A stretch of DNA of 64,000 bases, from NCBI GenBank assembly GCA_041659465.1, contig JBAZYD010000001.1:4281-68280 (forward strand). The letters are read 5' to 3'. Under the pieces are notes generated by a model that made no database searches, was not told the origin of the DNA, and saw only the letters and a program-made list of their open reading frames with translations. This stretch comes from Candidatus Micrarchaeia archaeon (GTDB lineage Archaea; Micrarchaeota; Micrarchaeia; Anstonellales; Anstonellaceae). A program made the position numbers and the translations under genes. The number at the start of each line of letters is the position of its first letter. Within the stretch, counting starts at the first letter, position 1. Of the stretch, positions 46,318 to 56,036 are shown in pieces.

Positions 46318-47169
46318 TTACCTCTTTGCGCGCTTTATGAAGTACTCAATCATTTTGTCCCCAATGTCCACGCCCGTGACAGGCGAGGAGTTGCGGAATT
46401 CAGTGGTGTGGTTCACTTCATGCACCACCATGCCGTTTGAGGATTCCATCAAGTCCACGCCGTAAATGCCTTCGTCGAGGAAGGAAACCGCCTTGAGGGA
46501 AAGCTCGCGAAGCTCGGGCGTTACCGGGCAGTTGCTTGCCGTGCCGCCCCTGCCGGTGTTTGTAATCCAGCCTGATTTCTCGGTGGAATGACGGTAGATT
46601 GCGGCAATCACCTCGTTTCCCACCACGAATGCGCGGATGTCCCTGCCAGGCTTGTTGATGTGCTCCTGGAGGTAATAGACTTTTTGCGAAGGGCTGCCCA
46701 TTTCCTCGCGCGATTCAAGCGCAGCGTCAAGGGCGTCCTTGTCGTTGATTTTGTGCACCATGCGCGCCCACGAGCCGGTTGTAGGCTTCATCACAAGGGG
46801 AAAGCCTAGCTTCTCCGCAGCCTGCCTTGCGGTTTCGGGCGTAAGCGCCACATATGTCTTGGGGGTGGGAACACCTGCTGCCGCAAGCTCTATTGATGTT
46901 ATCATCTTGTCCCCGCAGATGCGCGCGGCATCATAGGAGTTCATCATGAGCGTGCCCTGCTTCTCAAAGTAGTAGGTGAGCGCCTGGCTGCGGGAGTATG
47001 AGACTGAGCGCTGGAGGATGGCGTCGTATTCCTTCTTCTTGTTCCCAGTAATCGCAAGCAGCGCCTCGCCGTCCACAATGCGCTCAAGTTCCGCCCCGCG
47101 CTTTTTCGCGGAGTCAAAAAGCATCTTGTTCTCGGCAGAGACTATGGTGTAGCATAGGGCTAGCTTCAT
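46318..47169 (-). CDS. lysX: Alpha-aminoadipate--LysW ligase (RimK/ATP-grasp), LysX type
   Basis: KPTTGSWAR, PGRDIR, IYR...WITNT.RGG, EVNHTTEFRNS. Confidence 0.9.
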   Translation of the reverse strand: MKLALCYTIVSAENKMLFDSAKKRGAELERIVDGEALLAITGNKKKEYDAILQRSVSYSRSQALTYYFEKQGTLMMNSYDAARICGDKMITSIELAAAGVPTPKTYVALTPETARQAAEKLGFPLVMKPTTGSWARMVHKINDKDALDAALESREEMGSPSQKVYYLQEHINKPGRDIRAFVVGNEVIAAIYRHSTEKSGWITNTGRGGTASNCPVTPELRELSLKAVSFLDEGIYGVDLMESSNGMVVHEVNHTTEFRNSSPVTGVDIGDKMIEYFIKRAKR

Positions 47170-47269
47170 TCAGTTCGCCTCGCGGTTGGGAAGCAAGGCT
47201 GCGGCTAGTCGCATTCATCGTCGCCCCATTGCTTTTCCTCGTTCCAGACAAATTGCATTTTCCCACTCC

Positions 47270-47440
47270 TTACTCGCCCCAGTCCTCTTCCACTCCGGGG
47301 GCCTTCTCAAGCTTTGCAGGAGCCACCGAGCGCACTTCGAGGCGCGTGCCGCAGTCAGGGCAGGAAAGTATCTCGCCTACCTCGGTGTTCGCAGCGATTG
47401 ATATAGGTGACGCGCATTCAGGGCATTCTGCATCTGCCAT
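47270..47440 (-). CDS. lysW: LysW amino-group carrier protein 1 (not in the ORF track)
   Basis: Own translation: MADAECPECASPISIAANTEVGEILSCPDCGTRLEVRSVAPAKLEKAPGVEEDWGE; AGGAGG upstream. Confidence 0.97.
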   Translation of the reverse strand: MADAECPECASPISIAANTEVGEILSCPDCGTRLEVRSVAPAKLEKAPGVEEDWGE

Positions 47441-47473
47441 GGTATCATGCCTCCTGATAGGCTGTATGGCAAA

Positions 47474-47492
47474 TGGTTTATATGAGTTTCGC
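47474..47492 (-). promoter_or_regulatory. BRE/TATA promoter of the lysW1-X-Y-Z-J-K operon
   Basis: Minus strand reads CGAAACTCATATAAACC about 35-50 nt upstream of the lysW1 ATG. Confidence 0.5.
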
Positions 47493-47554
47493 CCGAATGA
47501 ACAAAAGCGTATTTTTAAGTTGTTTTTTCAACTATTTTAGTCATTTTTGAAATT

Positions 47555-48484
47555 TCAAATTACTAAATTAGTTGATTTGTTCAAATCAAGCCAGGCAAGG
47601 AGTCCTTTCTGCGCATGCAGCCGGTTTTCTGCCTGCTGGAACACCACGCTTTGCGGCCCGTCGATGACGCCTGCGCTCACTTCCTGCCCTCTGTGCGCAG
47701 GCAGGCAGTGCATGAATATTGCATCCTCCTTTGCGTAGGACATCATTTTGGCATCCACTGTGTAGCCTGAAAATTCATCGATGAGCGAGGCTGCGTCCTT
47801 TTCCATTCCCATGGACACCCAGGTGTCGGTGTAGATTGCGTCCGCGCTGCAAAGCGCTTCCTGCGGGTCTTCGGAGAAAACCACGCTTGCGCCGAATGCT
47901 TGCGCTTTCTTGACATACTCGGAAAGGGGCGCGTGCGTGCTTGGGCCTGTGAAAGAGACCGACACGCCTGCCATGGCGCACGCAAGCAGAAGCGAGTTTG
48001 CCACGTTGTTTTTGCAGTCGCCCACGAATGCGAGCTTTGCGCCAGGATGGAGCTTGCCGCATTCCTGCAGCGTGAGAAGGTCGGCAAGCGCCTGGCACGG
48101 GTGCTCGATGTCGGAAAGCCCGTTTATGGTGGGGACAGGGGAGCCTTTTGCAAGCTCCTCGATGTCCGAATGTGAGTTCACGCGCGCCATCAGGAAGTCG
48201 GCCATGGCACCTGCAGCGGCGCCGGTGTCGTAAAGAGTTTCACCGCGCGAACCTTGAGAGTCTGACATGGAAAGGAATATGGCATGCCCGCCCAAGTGTG
48301 TCATCGCCGTCTCGAACGAGACGCGCGTGCGCGTGCTGTTCTTGGCAAAGAACATGAGGAGCGTTTTGCCCAAAAGCAATGGCTGGCTTTTGCCTTGCTT
48401 GTGCGCTGCCTTGAGGGAGGAAGAAAGCGAGAGCATCTCCATAAGCTGCGGCTGGGAGGCATCCGAGATTTTGAGGAAATCCAT
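47555..48484 (-). CDS. argF: Ornithine carbamoyltransferase
   Basis: STRTR, HPCQALAD, DTWVSMG, FMHCLP, QAENR. Confidence 0.96.
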   Translation of the reverse strand: MDFLKISDASQPQLMEMLSLSSSLKAAHKQGKSQPLLLGKTLLMFFAKNSTRTRVSFETAMTHLGGHAIFLSMSDSQGSRGETLYDTGAAAGAMADFLMARVNSHSDIEELAKGSPVPTINGLSDIEHPCQALADLLTLQECGKLHPGAKLAFVGDCKNNVANSLLLACAMAGVSVSFTGPSTHAPLSEYVKKAQAFGASVVFSEDPQEALCSADAIYTDTWVSMGMEKDAASLIDEFSGYTVDAKMMSYAKEDAIFMHCLPAHRGQEVSAGVIDGPQSVVFQQAENRLHAQKGLLAWLDLNKSTNLVI

Positions 48485-48493
48485 GCAATCGCC

Positions 48494-49360
48494 CTAGTTC
48501 TTTGCAGATGATATTGCGAATGCCGCGATTTTCTGCGCAACGTCGTGTATCTTCGCCCCTGATGACTTTGAGAACTCCGGCGAGTGGTTCACTTCAAGCA
48601 CGAAAAACCCGCCTTGCTTGTCCTCAATCAAGTCTATGCCGTAGATGCCGCTTCCTAGCAGCTTGCCCACCTTGTGCACGGTCTCAGCCATTTCAGGAGA
48701 AAGGGAAAATCCGCTTGCAGTGCCGCCGGCATTCAGGTTGGTGAGGAATGCATCGGGCGTGGAGGCGCTTCGGAATACTGAAAGAGCTATTTCATCGCCC
48801 ACCAGGAGCACGCGTATGTCCCGGCCTGGCTTGTCCACGTATTCCTGGATATAGTATATCTTGTCGGTGAAGTGCCCGAGGGAGCTTTTCAGCCCCACCA
48901 CGGCCTGCGCGCACTCCGCGTCGGTGACTTTGTACACCATCCGGCCCCAGCTCCCTATGGGCGGCTTGATGACGCAGGGATAGCCCATGCTGCTCGCAGC
49001 TGCAAGCGCGGACTGCGCGGAGAACGCCAGCATCACTTTAGGCGTGGGAATCCCTGCCTTGGAAAGCTTTGCGCTGCAAAGCACCTTGTCCCCGCACACC
49101 TGCTGGGAGGCGTGCGAGTTCATGACATGGATGCCGTGCTGCTCAAGCAGGAATGAGAGGCAAAGCGAGCGGGAAAAGCTGCTGGAGCGGCAAAGTAGCG
49201 CGTCCAGCCCGGCGTGCTCCTCGGAAAGCGCGTGGAGCATGAATTGCTCGCGCTCGTCGTTTACCAGGACGGCGTCCGCCCCGCTGTTCTCAAGCGCCGA
49301 CTTTATCGCCGCGTTCTCGGGAGTGAGCATGGTGATAGCCATGCCTATCTTGGATGGCAT
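48494..49360 (-). CDS. argX: Second LysW ligase (RimK/ATP-grasp), probably ArgX-like glutamate--LysW ligase
   Basis: KPPIGSWGR, PGRDIR, EVNHSPEF; lies between lysW2 and argF; substrate-loop residues atypical. Confidence 0.7.
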   Translation of the reverse strand: MPSKIGMAITMLTPENAAIKSALENSGADAVLVNDEREQFMLHALSEEHAGLDALLCRSSSFSRSLCLSFLLEQHGIHVMNSHASQQVCGDKVLCSAKLSKAGIPTPKVMLAFSAQSALAAASSMGYPCVIKPPIGSWGRMVYKVTDAECAQAVVGLKSSLGHFTDKIYYIQEYVDKPGRDIRVLLVGDEIALSVFRSASTPDAFLTNLNAGGTASGFSLSPEMAETVHKVGKLLGSGIYGIDLIEDKQGGFFVLEVNHSPEFSKSSGAKIHDVAQKIAAFAISSAKN

Positions 49361-49537
49361 TCACTCACCAAAGTCCTCCTCGATGTGAGGAGCCTTGCCA
49401 ATGGCCAGCGGCTGGAGCGAGAGTATCTCGAGCAGCGTGCCGCAGCACGCGCAGGACATTATCTCCCCAGTCTCGGCCTTTTCAGGCAATTCCTTTTCAG
49501 CCCCGCAGTCAGGGCATTCTATTTTCCCTTGCAACAT
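49361..49537 (-). CDS. lysW: LysW amino-group carrier protein 2 (C-terminus EDFGE)
   Basis: ECPDCG...GEIMSCACCGTLLEI...APHIEEDFGE; GAGGTG upstream. Confidence 0.9.
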   Translation of the reverse strand: MLQGKIECPDCGAEKELPEKAETGEIMSCACCGTLLEILSLQPLAIGKAPHIEEDFGE

Positions 49538-49663
49538 CAAAACCACCTCTGGCGATTTGTGAGGCAGACTTGTCAAGAGAGCCGGATTTAAAAGCTCCGT
49601 GGCAGGGAAGACAGAAGAAGAACAGGATGTTTTATATGGGACATTATCGCTTTTGCTTGGGGA

Positions 49664-50089
49664 TTACTTCCACTTCTTGAGCACCATGTTTGTCTTTGTC
49701 GCCGTGATTTCAGGGTGGTGGCGCAGCGCGTCTATCCTGCGATTGAGCTCCTCCATGTCTGGCGCGGCGAGGCGCACCACAAGGTCGGTGTCGCCGGAAA
49801 TCTCGAAAAGCGCGGTGATGCCGGGCGCGTGCATGAGCTCCTTTATTATCTTCTCGGAAGTCGCAGAGGGGAGGAATGTGACAAAGACAATCGCCTGGAC
49901 TGCGCCGCCTTCCTCGACATCAACTGTGAAGCGGCGTATCACGCCGCGCGTGACCAGGTTTGCCACGCGCCTTCTCGCGGCAGGCTCGGATAGGCCGACC
50001 TTTTTCCCGAGCGCAACGTTTGCAATGCGCGCATCCTCGCGGAGGATTTCGAGAATCTTGCGGTCGATTTCGTCAAGTTTCCATGCCAT
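49664..50089 (-). CDS. Lrp/AsnC regulator (LysM-like)
   Basis: LDEIDRKIL.IL..DAR HTH, GLSE.A.RRRV..L, EISG.TD; heads the lysW2 unit. Confidence 0.93.
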   Translation of the reverse strand: MAWKLDEIDRKILEILREDARIANVALGKKVGLSEPAARRRVANLVTRGVIRRFTVDVEEGGAVQAIVFVTFLPSATSEKIIKELMHAPGITALFEISGDTDLVVRLAAPDMEELNRRIDALRHHPEITATKTNMVLKKWK

Positions 50090-50201
50090 ATCCGCCTTTT
50101 TGTGCGAAAAGGATTAAATTGTAGGCTAAAGAGTTGCGAAAGAGTGGTTTAAGATAGTATTTTAAGCGGATAGTGCCCGAATTCGCGCAAGAGGTGTGGG
50201 A

Positions 50202-51311
50202 ATGATTAGCGCAATTCCAAAAGGAACGATTGAAATACGCGGAAAGAAATACGAGAAGCAGAGAGTCTACTTCAAGGGGGAGAACGGGAAGGAAAGCAAG
50301 GTGACTGCATTGGGCTGCTTTTTCAGGGGCATGCAGTACAGCCCAAACAGGCTTGATGAGTTCAATAGCGGCACCTATGCCATGGGAGAGCTGGCGCGCG
50401 AGCTTATGCGCGGGGTGAAGGAAAGCCGCGCCACCGCGGGGAGCACAATGGGCGCGCAGGTGGAATATGCCAAAAAGCTGCATGAATCCGGGCTGCTGGA
50501 CGGAAACGACGTTGCTTTCAAGATGCTCGAGGCAGGCAGGGTGACCAACTACTATGCCGCTTTCATCCTCTGGAACAAGGTGCCGGATGATAAAAAGAAC
50601 GCGCTTGTCGCGCTCTCATATCTTCCGAAAGCGCTGGTCCACAACCACATCAGGGATAACTTTGTACAGTTTGTGGAAAATTTCCAGCCAAGCCTTAGCA
50701 TATTTACGATGCCCAACATCCGGGAAATTGCAGACACGCTGGTTGAGCAGCTGAAAGAGGGGCGCGCGAACGAGCTTGGCGGCAAGCAGATTGCAAAGCT
50801 GACAGCGCTTATGTGCAGCCTCGGCGCGCTGAACGATGCGATGGGCATTGACACGGCGCTTTTGGGCAAGATAATCGCCGCAGGGGAAAAGGAAGGCATC
50901 CAAGGCAAGGTGGGGATAATCAAGGCGCTTGCAGAGGCATACCAGAGCGAGGGTGCAAATGAGGCGGCAGCGAGATATTTCACAAGCAGCGAAACCGGCG
51001 CCTTATTGCCAAAGGAAATGAAGCCCGAGGAGCTGCTTGAGCTTGCCCGGGGGTTCATGGCGTTTGAAAATGGCAAAGGGGCGCAGGAAGTGATGCTGTC
51101 GGCGATTAATTCCAATTTGGAGAGGCTCAGGCACCTCAGCAGCGACATCTCGCAGGAATGGAAGCTGGAAATGTGCAGCTTGCTCTCCGATGAGAATGTT
51201 GCGAAAAAAACGCATGGCTTGGAGGATGGCCAGAGGGCAGGCCTGATTGCAGCCTCGAAAACTGCGGGCAGCATAGTTCCCATGAAGGGAGTGAAGTGGA
51301 TTGAGATTTGA
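50202..51311 (+). CDS. Hypothetical helical protein
   Basis: Long ORF with GAGGTG upstream; no family recognised. Confidence 0.75.
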   Translation: MISAIPKGTIEIRGKKYEKQRVYFKGENGKESKVTALGCFFRGMQYSPNRLDEFNSGTYAMGELARELMRGVKESRATAGSTMGAQVEYAKKLHESGLLDGNDVAFKMLEAGRVTNYYAAFILWNKVPDDKKNALVALSYLPKALVHNHIRDNFVQFVENFQPSLSIFTMPNIREIADTLVEQLKEGRANELGGKQIAKLTALMCSLGALNDAMGIDTALLGKIIAAGEKEGIQGKVGIIKALAEAYQSEGANEAAARYFTSSETGALLPKEMKPEELLELARGFMAFENGKGAQEVMLSAINSNLERLRHLSSDISQEWKLEMCSLLSDENVAKKTHGLEDGQRAGLIAASKTAGSIVPMKGVKWIEI

Positions 51312-51365
51312 GGGCGCCCGGGCATAGGTATATAATTTTGAAAAGCCCGATTGCACCCCGATAGC

Positions 51366-52703
51366 ATGGGAATCCCAAGAATCAGGCAGGACGAGATTGC
51401 AGGCAAGGCAAAGCTTTACGCGGCGCTGCTATTTTTCGCGCTTGCGCTTCTCTTGTTCCTGTCGGTTTTCCGCGCGAGCATCTTCACGGATGTTTCCGAG
51501 GGCAAGAAAATCTGGTTCGAGCTTTCCTTCCTTTTCCTTGCAGCGATAACCGCTGAGATGCTGGTATCCTACCTTCGGCAGCCGCTTGTCATGGTGCTTC
51601 TTCTTGTGGGCGTTGCCATCTCGCCTTCCATGATTTCCGCAGCCTATTCGTTCCTGGGCGGGACAGGAAGCGCGCCTGTGCTTGTGGGCACAAGCGAGAT
51701 TGTGATGATATTTGCAAAGCTTGGCGCCATTCTCCTGCTTTTCAAGATTGGCCTCCATTCGGAAACCAGGAAGATTTTCAACCTGAAGAACCTCGCGATT
51801 GCAGCGTGCGGCGTCATTGTGCCTTTCCTTGGCGGCTATTTGTTTGCAATTGCAGGCGGGCATGATTTCTACTATGCGATGTTTTTGGGAGCTGCGCTCA
51901 CTGCCACATCGGTTGGCGTGACGGTCGCGGTGCTTGAGGAGCTTCGCCTCATGCAGTCGGACATGGCGCAGGCGCTTTTGGGCGCGGCGGTGATAGACGA
52001 CGTGCTGGCGCTCCTTGTGCTGTCATTTGTCTTGCAGGCGCCATCGGGCGCGGGCGCCTTTTTCGCGCTTGCCTCGATTGCAGGCACTGCGTTTGTGTTC
52101 GTGGTGGGAGGCATATTGCTCGGGAAGTTCGTGGTGGAAAACTACTTTGACCCCATGGCCGGAGGGGGGAAGGGCGGCAGCAGGGGATTCCTTGCAATGC
52201 TGATGTACCTTCTCTTCTATGCGTATGTTGCGGAATACATAGGCCTGTCAGCCATTGTGGGCGCGTTCGTGGCAGGCATCAGCATGGGCTACAGCAGGAA
52301 AGTGGGCGAGGTCCAGGGGATGTTTTATCCTCTTGAGGCGCTTTTCACGCCCGTGTTTTTCATTTCGCTTGGCCTCCTGGTTGACGTGAACGCGCTTGCG
52401 GCAAACTGGCTGCCCATACTTGCCATAACCGCGATTGCCATAATCACGAAAATAATCGGCTGCGGCGCAGGCGCGCTTGCAGTCGGCGTGAAGGCGCGCG
52501 ACTCGCTTGCGATAGGAGTTGGGATGATTCCGAGGGGAGAGATTGCGCTCATCATCGGCTTGTACGGGCTTACCGCGCTCACGCCATCAGGCGCGCCCGT
52601 TCTTGGCGCGGCAGAATATGCAACGATTGCGTCCATGGCGTTCCTTACCACGATAATCGCGCCTGCGGCAATACAGGCGGTTGCAAAAGCGGGGCGAAGA
52701 TGA
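51366..52703 (+). CDS. Cation/H+ antiporter, CPA2 (NapA/Kef) family
   Basis: About 13 TM; LF.IGL, ATSVGVT, AAVIDD, GAF.AG, FFISLG, GMIPRGE. Confidence 0.93.
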   Translation: MGIPRIRQDEIAGKAKLYAALLFFALALLLFLSVFRASIFTDVSEGKKIWFELSFLFLAAITAEMLVSYLRQPLVMVLLLVGVAISPSMISAAYSFLGGTGSAPVLVGTSEIVMIFAKLGAILLLFKIGLHSETRKIFNLKNLAIAACGVIVPFLGGYLFAIAGGHDFYYAMFLGAALTATSVGVTVAVLEELRLMQSDMAQALLGAAVIDDVLALLVLSFVLQAPSGAGAFFALASIAGTAFVFVVGGILLGKFVVENYFDPMAGGGKGGSRGFLAMLMYLLFYAYVAEYIGLSAIVGAFVAGISMGYSRKVGEVQGMFYPLEALFTPVFFISLGLLVDVNALAANWLPILAITAIAIITKIIGCGAGALAVGVKARDSLAIGVGMIPRGEIALIIGLYGLTALTPSGAPVLGAAEYATIASMAFLTTIIAPAAIQAVAKAGRR

Positions 52704-53329
52704 TGTATTCCAACAGCAAAAAAACAGGGCATTGGAACGTTGAAGTAAAGCACTGGAACGACCCTGGGCAATGCTATGTAGGGCAAAACAAGCACGATTT
52801 TGCCGACCGCAAGAAGAAAGAGGACGCGGACAGCCTGTTTCGGAGCGGGATGGCTGCGCTCATGCAAGGGAAGCTGAGAAAGGCAAAAAATGAATTCAAC
52901 CTGTGCCTTTCGCACAACCTCGCGCACAGGCAGGCGCCCGAGCACCTGGAAGTGGTGGAATTCTGCTCAAAGTCGCAGCGCGTGGCGAATGCGGCGATAA
53001 AGTTCCTCGGCAAGAAAGGCATGCTTTTCAAATTGGACGGCGAAAGCGCCAAGGCGGTAAAAGCCGGGATGGCGCACGCTGGATTTGACACAAAAAGCGC
53101 GGCAGTGGCATTCGGGATCGGGCAGGCGTACCTTGCAATGGGCAAGACGCTTGACATGAACGTTTGGGCAAGAAACGAGTTTGAGCGCGCGCTTTCACTT
53201 CTTGGCAGCTCAAGGGCGGAGAAATACATGAAGGCGGCAGTGCACAGGATTTACGCGCAGGCTGAGAACGAGGAATTCCACCGGGCACAGATGCGCAGGC
53301 TGGACCCGCACATACCGGCTGATTGGTGA
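52700..53329 (+). CDS. Hypothetical protein with TPR-like helices
   Basis: F..G.A....G....A...F...L and FGIGQAY...A...FERAL patterns. Confidence 0.65.
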   Translation: MMYSNSKKTGHWNVEVKHWNDPGQCYVGQNKHDFADRKKKEDADSLFRSGMAALMQGKLRKAKNEFNLCLSHNLAHRQAPEHLEVVEFCSKSQRVANAAIKFLGKKGMLFKLDGESAKAVKAGMAHAGFDTKSAAVAFGIGQAYLAMGKTLDMNVWARNEFERALSLLGSSRAEKYMKAAVHRIYAQAENEEFHRAQMRRLDPHIPADW

Positions 53330-53407
53330 ATTTTTAATACCTTGGTCGCAAAAGGCGAATAGCGCGGATGTCCGCATGCCTGCAGGCATTGGGCACCGCA
53401 TTAACAT

Positions 53408-53503
53408 GCGGATGTAGTATAACCTGGCTAGTATTTTGGCCTTCCATAATTTGGTTCTGCTTGAAGAAAGTCAAAGGTCCGGGTTCAAATCCCGGCATCC
53501 GCA
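53408..53503 (+). tRNA. trnG: tRNA-Gly(TCC) with 22-nt canonical 37/38 intron (53447-53468)
   Basis: GCGGATG/CATCCGC+A acceptor; TTGGC/GTCAA anticodon stem; BHB with central helix CTTC/GAAG; CCGGG-TTCAAAT-CCCGG T arm. Confidence 0.93.
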
Positions 53504-53629
53504 TTTTATTTTTATACGGCTGAAGAGGCACACATTTAAATTCTGCTGCCGCCATAATGCCTTGTGGGGGTCGGCAAGGCAAATTGATTGGTCTAGCCTG
53601 GGGACTTTTCCACGTTCGGAGGTTTTTCC

Positions 53630-54949
53630 ATGGTGGTGTCGCCTATTGAAAGCCGTTACAGTACAGGCATGAACTCTCTTTTTGACGAGTCTGCGCGCAT
53701 AGGCTCATGGATGGAGGTAGAGGTTGCGCTTGCGCGCGCGCATGCCAAGCTTGGCAACATGCCATCTGCCGCCGCTGAGGAAATCGCGGCGGGGGCAAAA
53801 AAGGTTGCACTTTCGCGCGTGAATGAAATAGAGGCGGAAATACACCATGACCTGATGGCAATGGTGAAGGCATTGGCCGAAAAATGCCCGAAATACGGGG
53901 GCTTTGTGCACCTTGGCGCAACTTCCTATGATATTGAGGACACTGCTACAGGCTTGACAATGAAGCGCGCGATTGGCATTGTGCGAAAGGAGCTGCTTGA
54001 GACAAAGGCAATCCTTCGGAAGCGCGCAAAGGAAACTGCCTCGCTTGTCTGCATTGGAAGGACGCACGGGCAGCACGCAGTGCCCACCACATACGGCATG
54101 AAGTTCGCGATTTGGTACACCGAGGTGAAACGCGACCTTGCCAGGCTGGATGCGGCTGAGGAAATCATCTCGGTGGGCAAGATGGCAGGCGCTACAGGCA
54201 CCATGGCGACATTTGGCGGCAAGGGAAGGAAGATGCAAGAGCTTGTCATGAAGGAGCTCGGCTTGAAGGCAGCCGAAGTGTCCAACCAGGTGGTGCAGAG
54301 GGACAGGCATGCGCAGGTGATGTTCACCCTTGCGCTCACTTGCGCCACGCTTGAGAAAATCGCCAAGGAGCTGAGGAATCTGCAGAGAAGCGAGATACTC
54401 GAGGTTGCAGAGCCGTTCGGAGCAAAGCAGGTGGGCTCGTCCACCATGCCGCAGAAGAGGAACCCGCACAAGAGCGAGCGCGTGTGCTCCATTGCGCGCA
54501 TGGTGAGGGGCAATGTCGCGGTTGCGATGGAAAACATCGCCTTGGAGCATGAGCGCGACCTCACCAACTCGGCAAACGAGCGGTTCATCTTCCCTGACAG
54601 CTTCATTCTCACGCACTACATAATACTGGAGATGAACAGGATACTGGGAGGGCTCACGTTCTACCCTGGGAACATTGAGAAAAACCTAAACCTCACCGGC
54701 GGCGCGGTGCTTTCCGAGCGCGTGATGATTGCACTCACTGAAAAAGGCATGGGAAGGCAGGAGGCGCACGAGCTCATGAGAACCTGCAACATCGAGGCGT
54801 TCGAGGGAAGGAAAAAGCTTTTGGATGTCCTTTGCGCGAGGAAGGAAGTCACCTCGCTCATCCCAAAGGAGGAGTTGGCGCGCCTGTTCGACCCGCACAC
54901 GTACATAGGGGAGGCAAAGGAAATCGTGGAGGCGGCAATCAAGGAATAG
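53630..54949 (+). CDS. purB: Adenylosuccinate lyase
   Basis: HHDLMA, HLGATSYD, GRTHGQHA, GSSTMPQKRNP, HERDL. Confidence 0.97.
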   Translation: MVVSPIESRYSTGMNSLFDESARIGSWMEVEVALARAHAKLGNMPSAAAEEIAAGAKKVALSRVNEIEAEIHHDLMAMVKALAEKCPKYGGFVHLGATSYDIEDTATGLTMKRAIGIVRKELLETKAILRKRAKETASLVCIGRTHGQHAVPTTYGMKFAIWYTEVKRDLARLDAAEEIISVGKMAGATGTMATFGGKGRKMQELVMKELGLKAAEVSNQVVQRDRHAQVMFTLALTCATLEKIAKELRNLQRSEILEVAEPFGAKQVGSSTMPQKRNPHKSERVCSIARMVRGNVAVAMENIALEHERDLTNSANERFIFPDSFILTHYIILEMNRILGGLTFYPGNIEKNLNLTGGAVLSERVMIALTEKGMGRQEAHELMRTCNIEAFEGRKKLLDVLCARKEVTSLIPKEELARLFDPHTYIGEAKEIVEAAIKE

Positions 54950-55049
54950 GAATGGAGCAGCAGCCCGTCTTTTTTGGAAGCGTCGCTGCCCCTTGTTTTG
55001 AATAGGCTGGCGCGTGCCTGCCTTGGGAAGCCGTTGCTGGCAGAGCGCC

Positions 55050-55829
55050 CTACTGCTTGGCAGTGGCTTCCAAGCTGATTATCCCGCCAGCAGGGAGGCT
55101 GGGCGGGAGCGTGCAGACGCTCAAGTGCGGGTGGGCAGAATAGTGCCCGAAGACCAGGAGGCCGACATATTTTGGTAGCCTGTCCAGAACCCGGACATCA
55201 TTGCCAGGCAGGGAAATCTCCTCGCCCAAAGGGATACCGAAATCATTGCCTGCATGATAATACCCATTGCCGGCAGGGAAGTGCCGGAAAAGGCGGATGC
55301 TGCCCTTGTCGACGATATCATACGTTATCGTGCTTCCCTTTTTGCGTGGGATGATGAGCTCGCGCCCGTCTGCAAGAAAGCCGTGGTTCACGGCAAGGAT
55401 TGCATCCTTTTCATTCCGGTAGTCGATTGGGACCTCGAGGCGGTAGGATATCTCGGTTCGTGAGTCCTTGTATTCCACCAAGTCGCCAAGCTTTGCGCCG
55501 CCTTCCCTGAAAGCCACGAGCGTGCCGTTCCGCGCAGGGAGGGCTTCCTTATACAGTTGCCAGGCATCATTCATATTTCCATCAGGGAGGTTGTGGAGCC
55601 TGTCGGATTCCTTGTTGCTTAAAATCCTCCCTTTTATCGAGCCTTCGGGCTCAATTGCATTTATTCCCGCTTTCACAAGCTCAACATTGAGCAGGCGTGT
55701 GAATTCCAAAAGATGCTTTTTTTCCAAAATGACTTTGTTTATGGGGGTTCCGTTTGCTATCCGGATTAGGCCGTCCTGCGCCAGCCCCTTGCCTTTGCCG
55801 CACTGTGCAAGCACTATAACGTTTGACAT
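55050..55829 (-). CDS. Hypothetical protein (orphan)
   Basis: ORF with GGAGG upstream and its own TATA; no family recognised. Confidence 0.72.
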   Translation of the reverse strand: MSNVIVLAQCGKGKGLAQDGLIRIANGTPINKVILEKKHLLEFTRLLNVELVKAGINAIEPEGSIKGRILSNKESDRLHNLPDGNMNDAWQLYKEALPARNGTLVAFREGGAKLGDLVEYKDSRTEISYRLEVPIDYRNEKDAILAVNHGFLADGRELIIPRKKGSTITYDIVDKGSIRLFRHFPAGNGYYHAGNDFGIPLGEEISLPGNDVRVLDRLPKYVGLLVFGHYSAHPHLSVCTLPPSLPAGGIISLEATAKQ

Positions 55830-56036
55830 GTGATACGCCTCCACTGCGCATCAGCGGCAAAGAATTTATAAATGCTGTGGTAATATGTAAAAAATTGGAT
55901 GACGGGAGAATCGCCTTCATCCAGGAACAGTGTGCACGTTTTTTAAGCTCTTGAGTGGAAATGCCCTTGCTGGGAGGAAGGGATTTTAACTGCGCCTAGC
56001 CTTGAGACTTGGCGCAGGGTGGGGGCTGGTGAGCAC

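Noticed and set aside
53362..53407. Split tRNA half upstream of tRNA-Gly (repeat of GCGGATGT)
   Set aside because: Only 8 nt match and no D arm; tRNA-Gly is already complete
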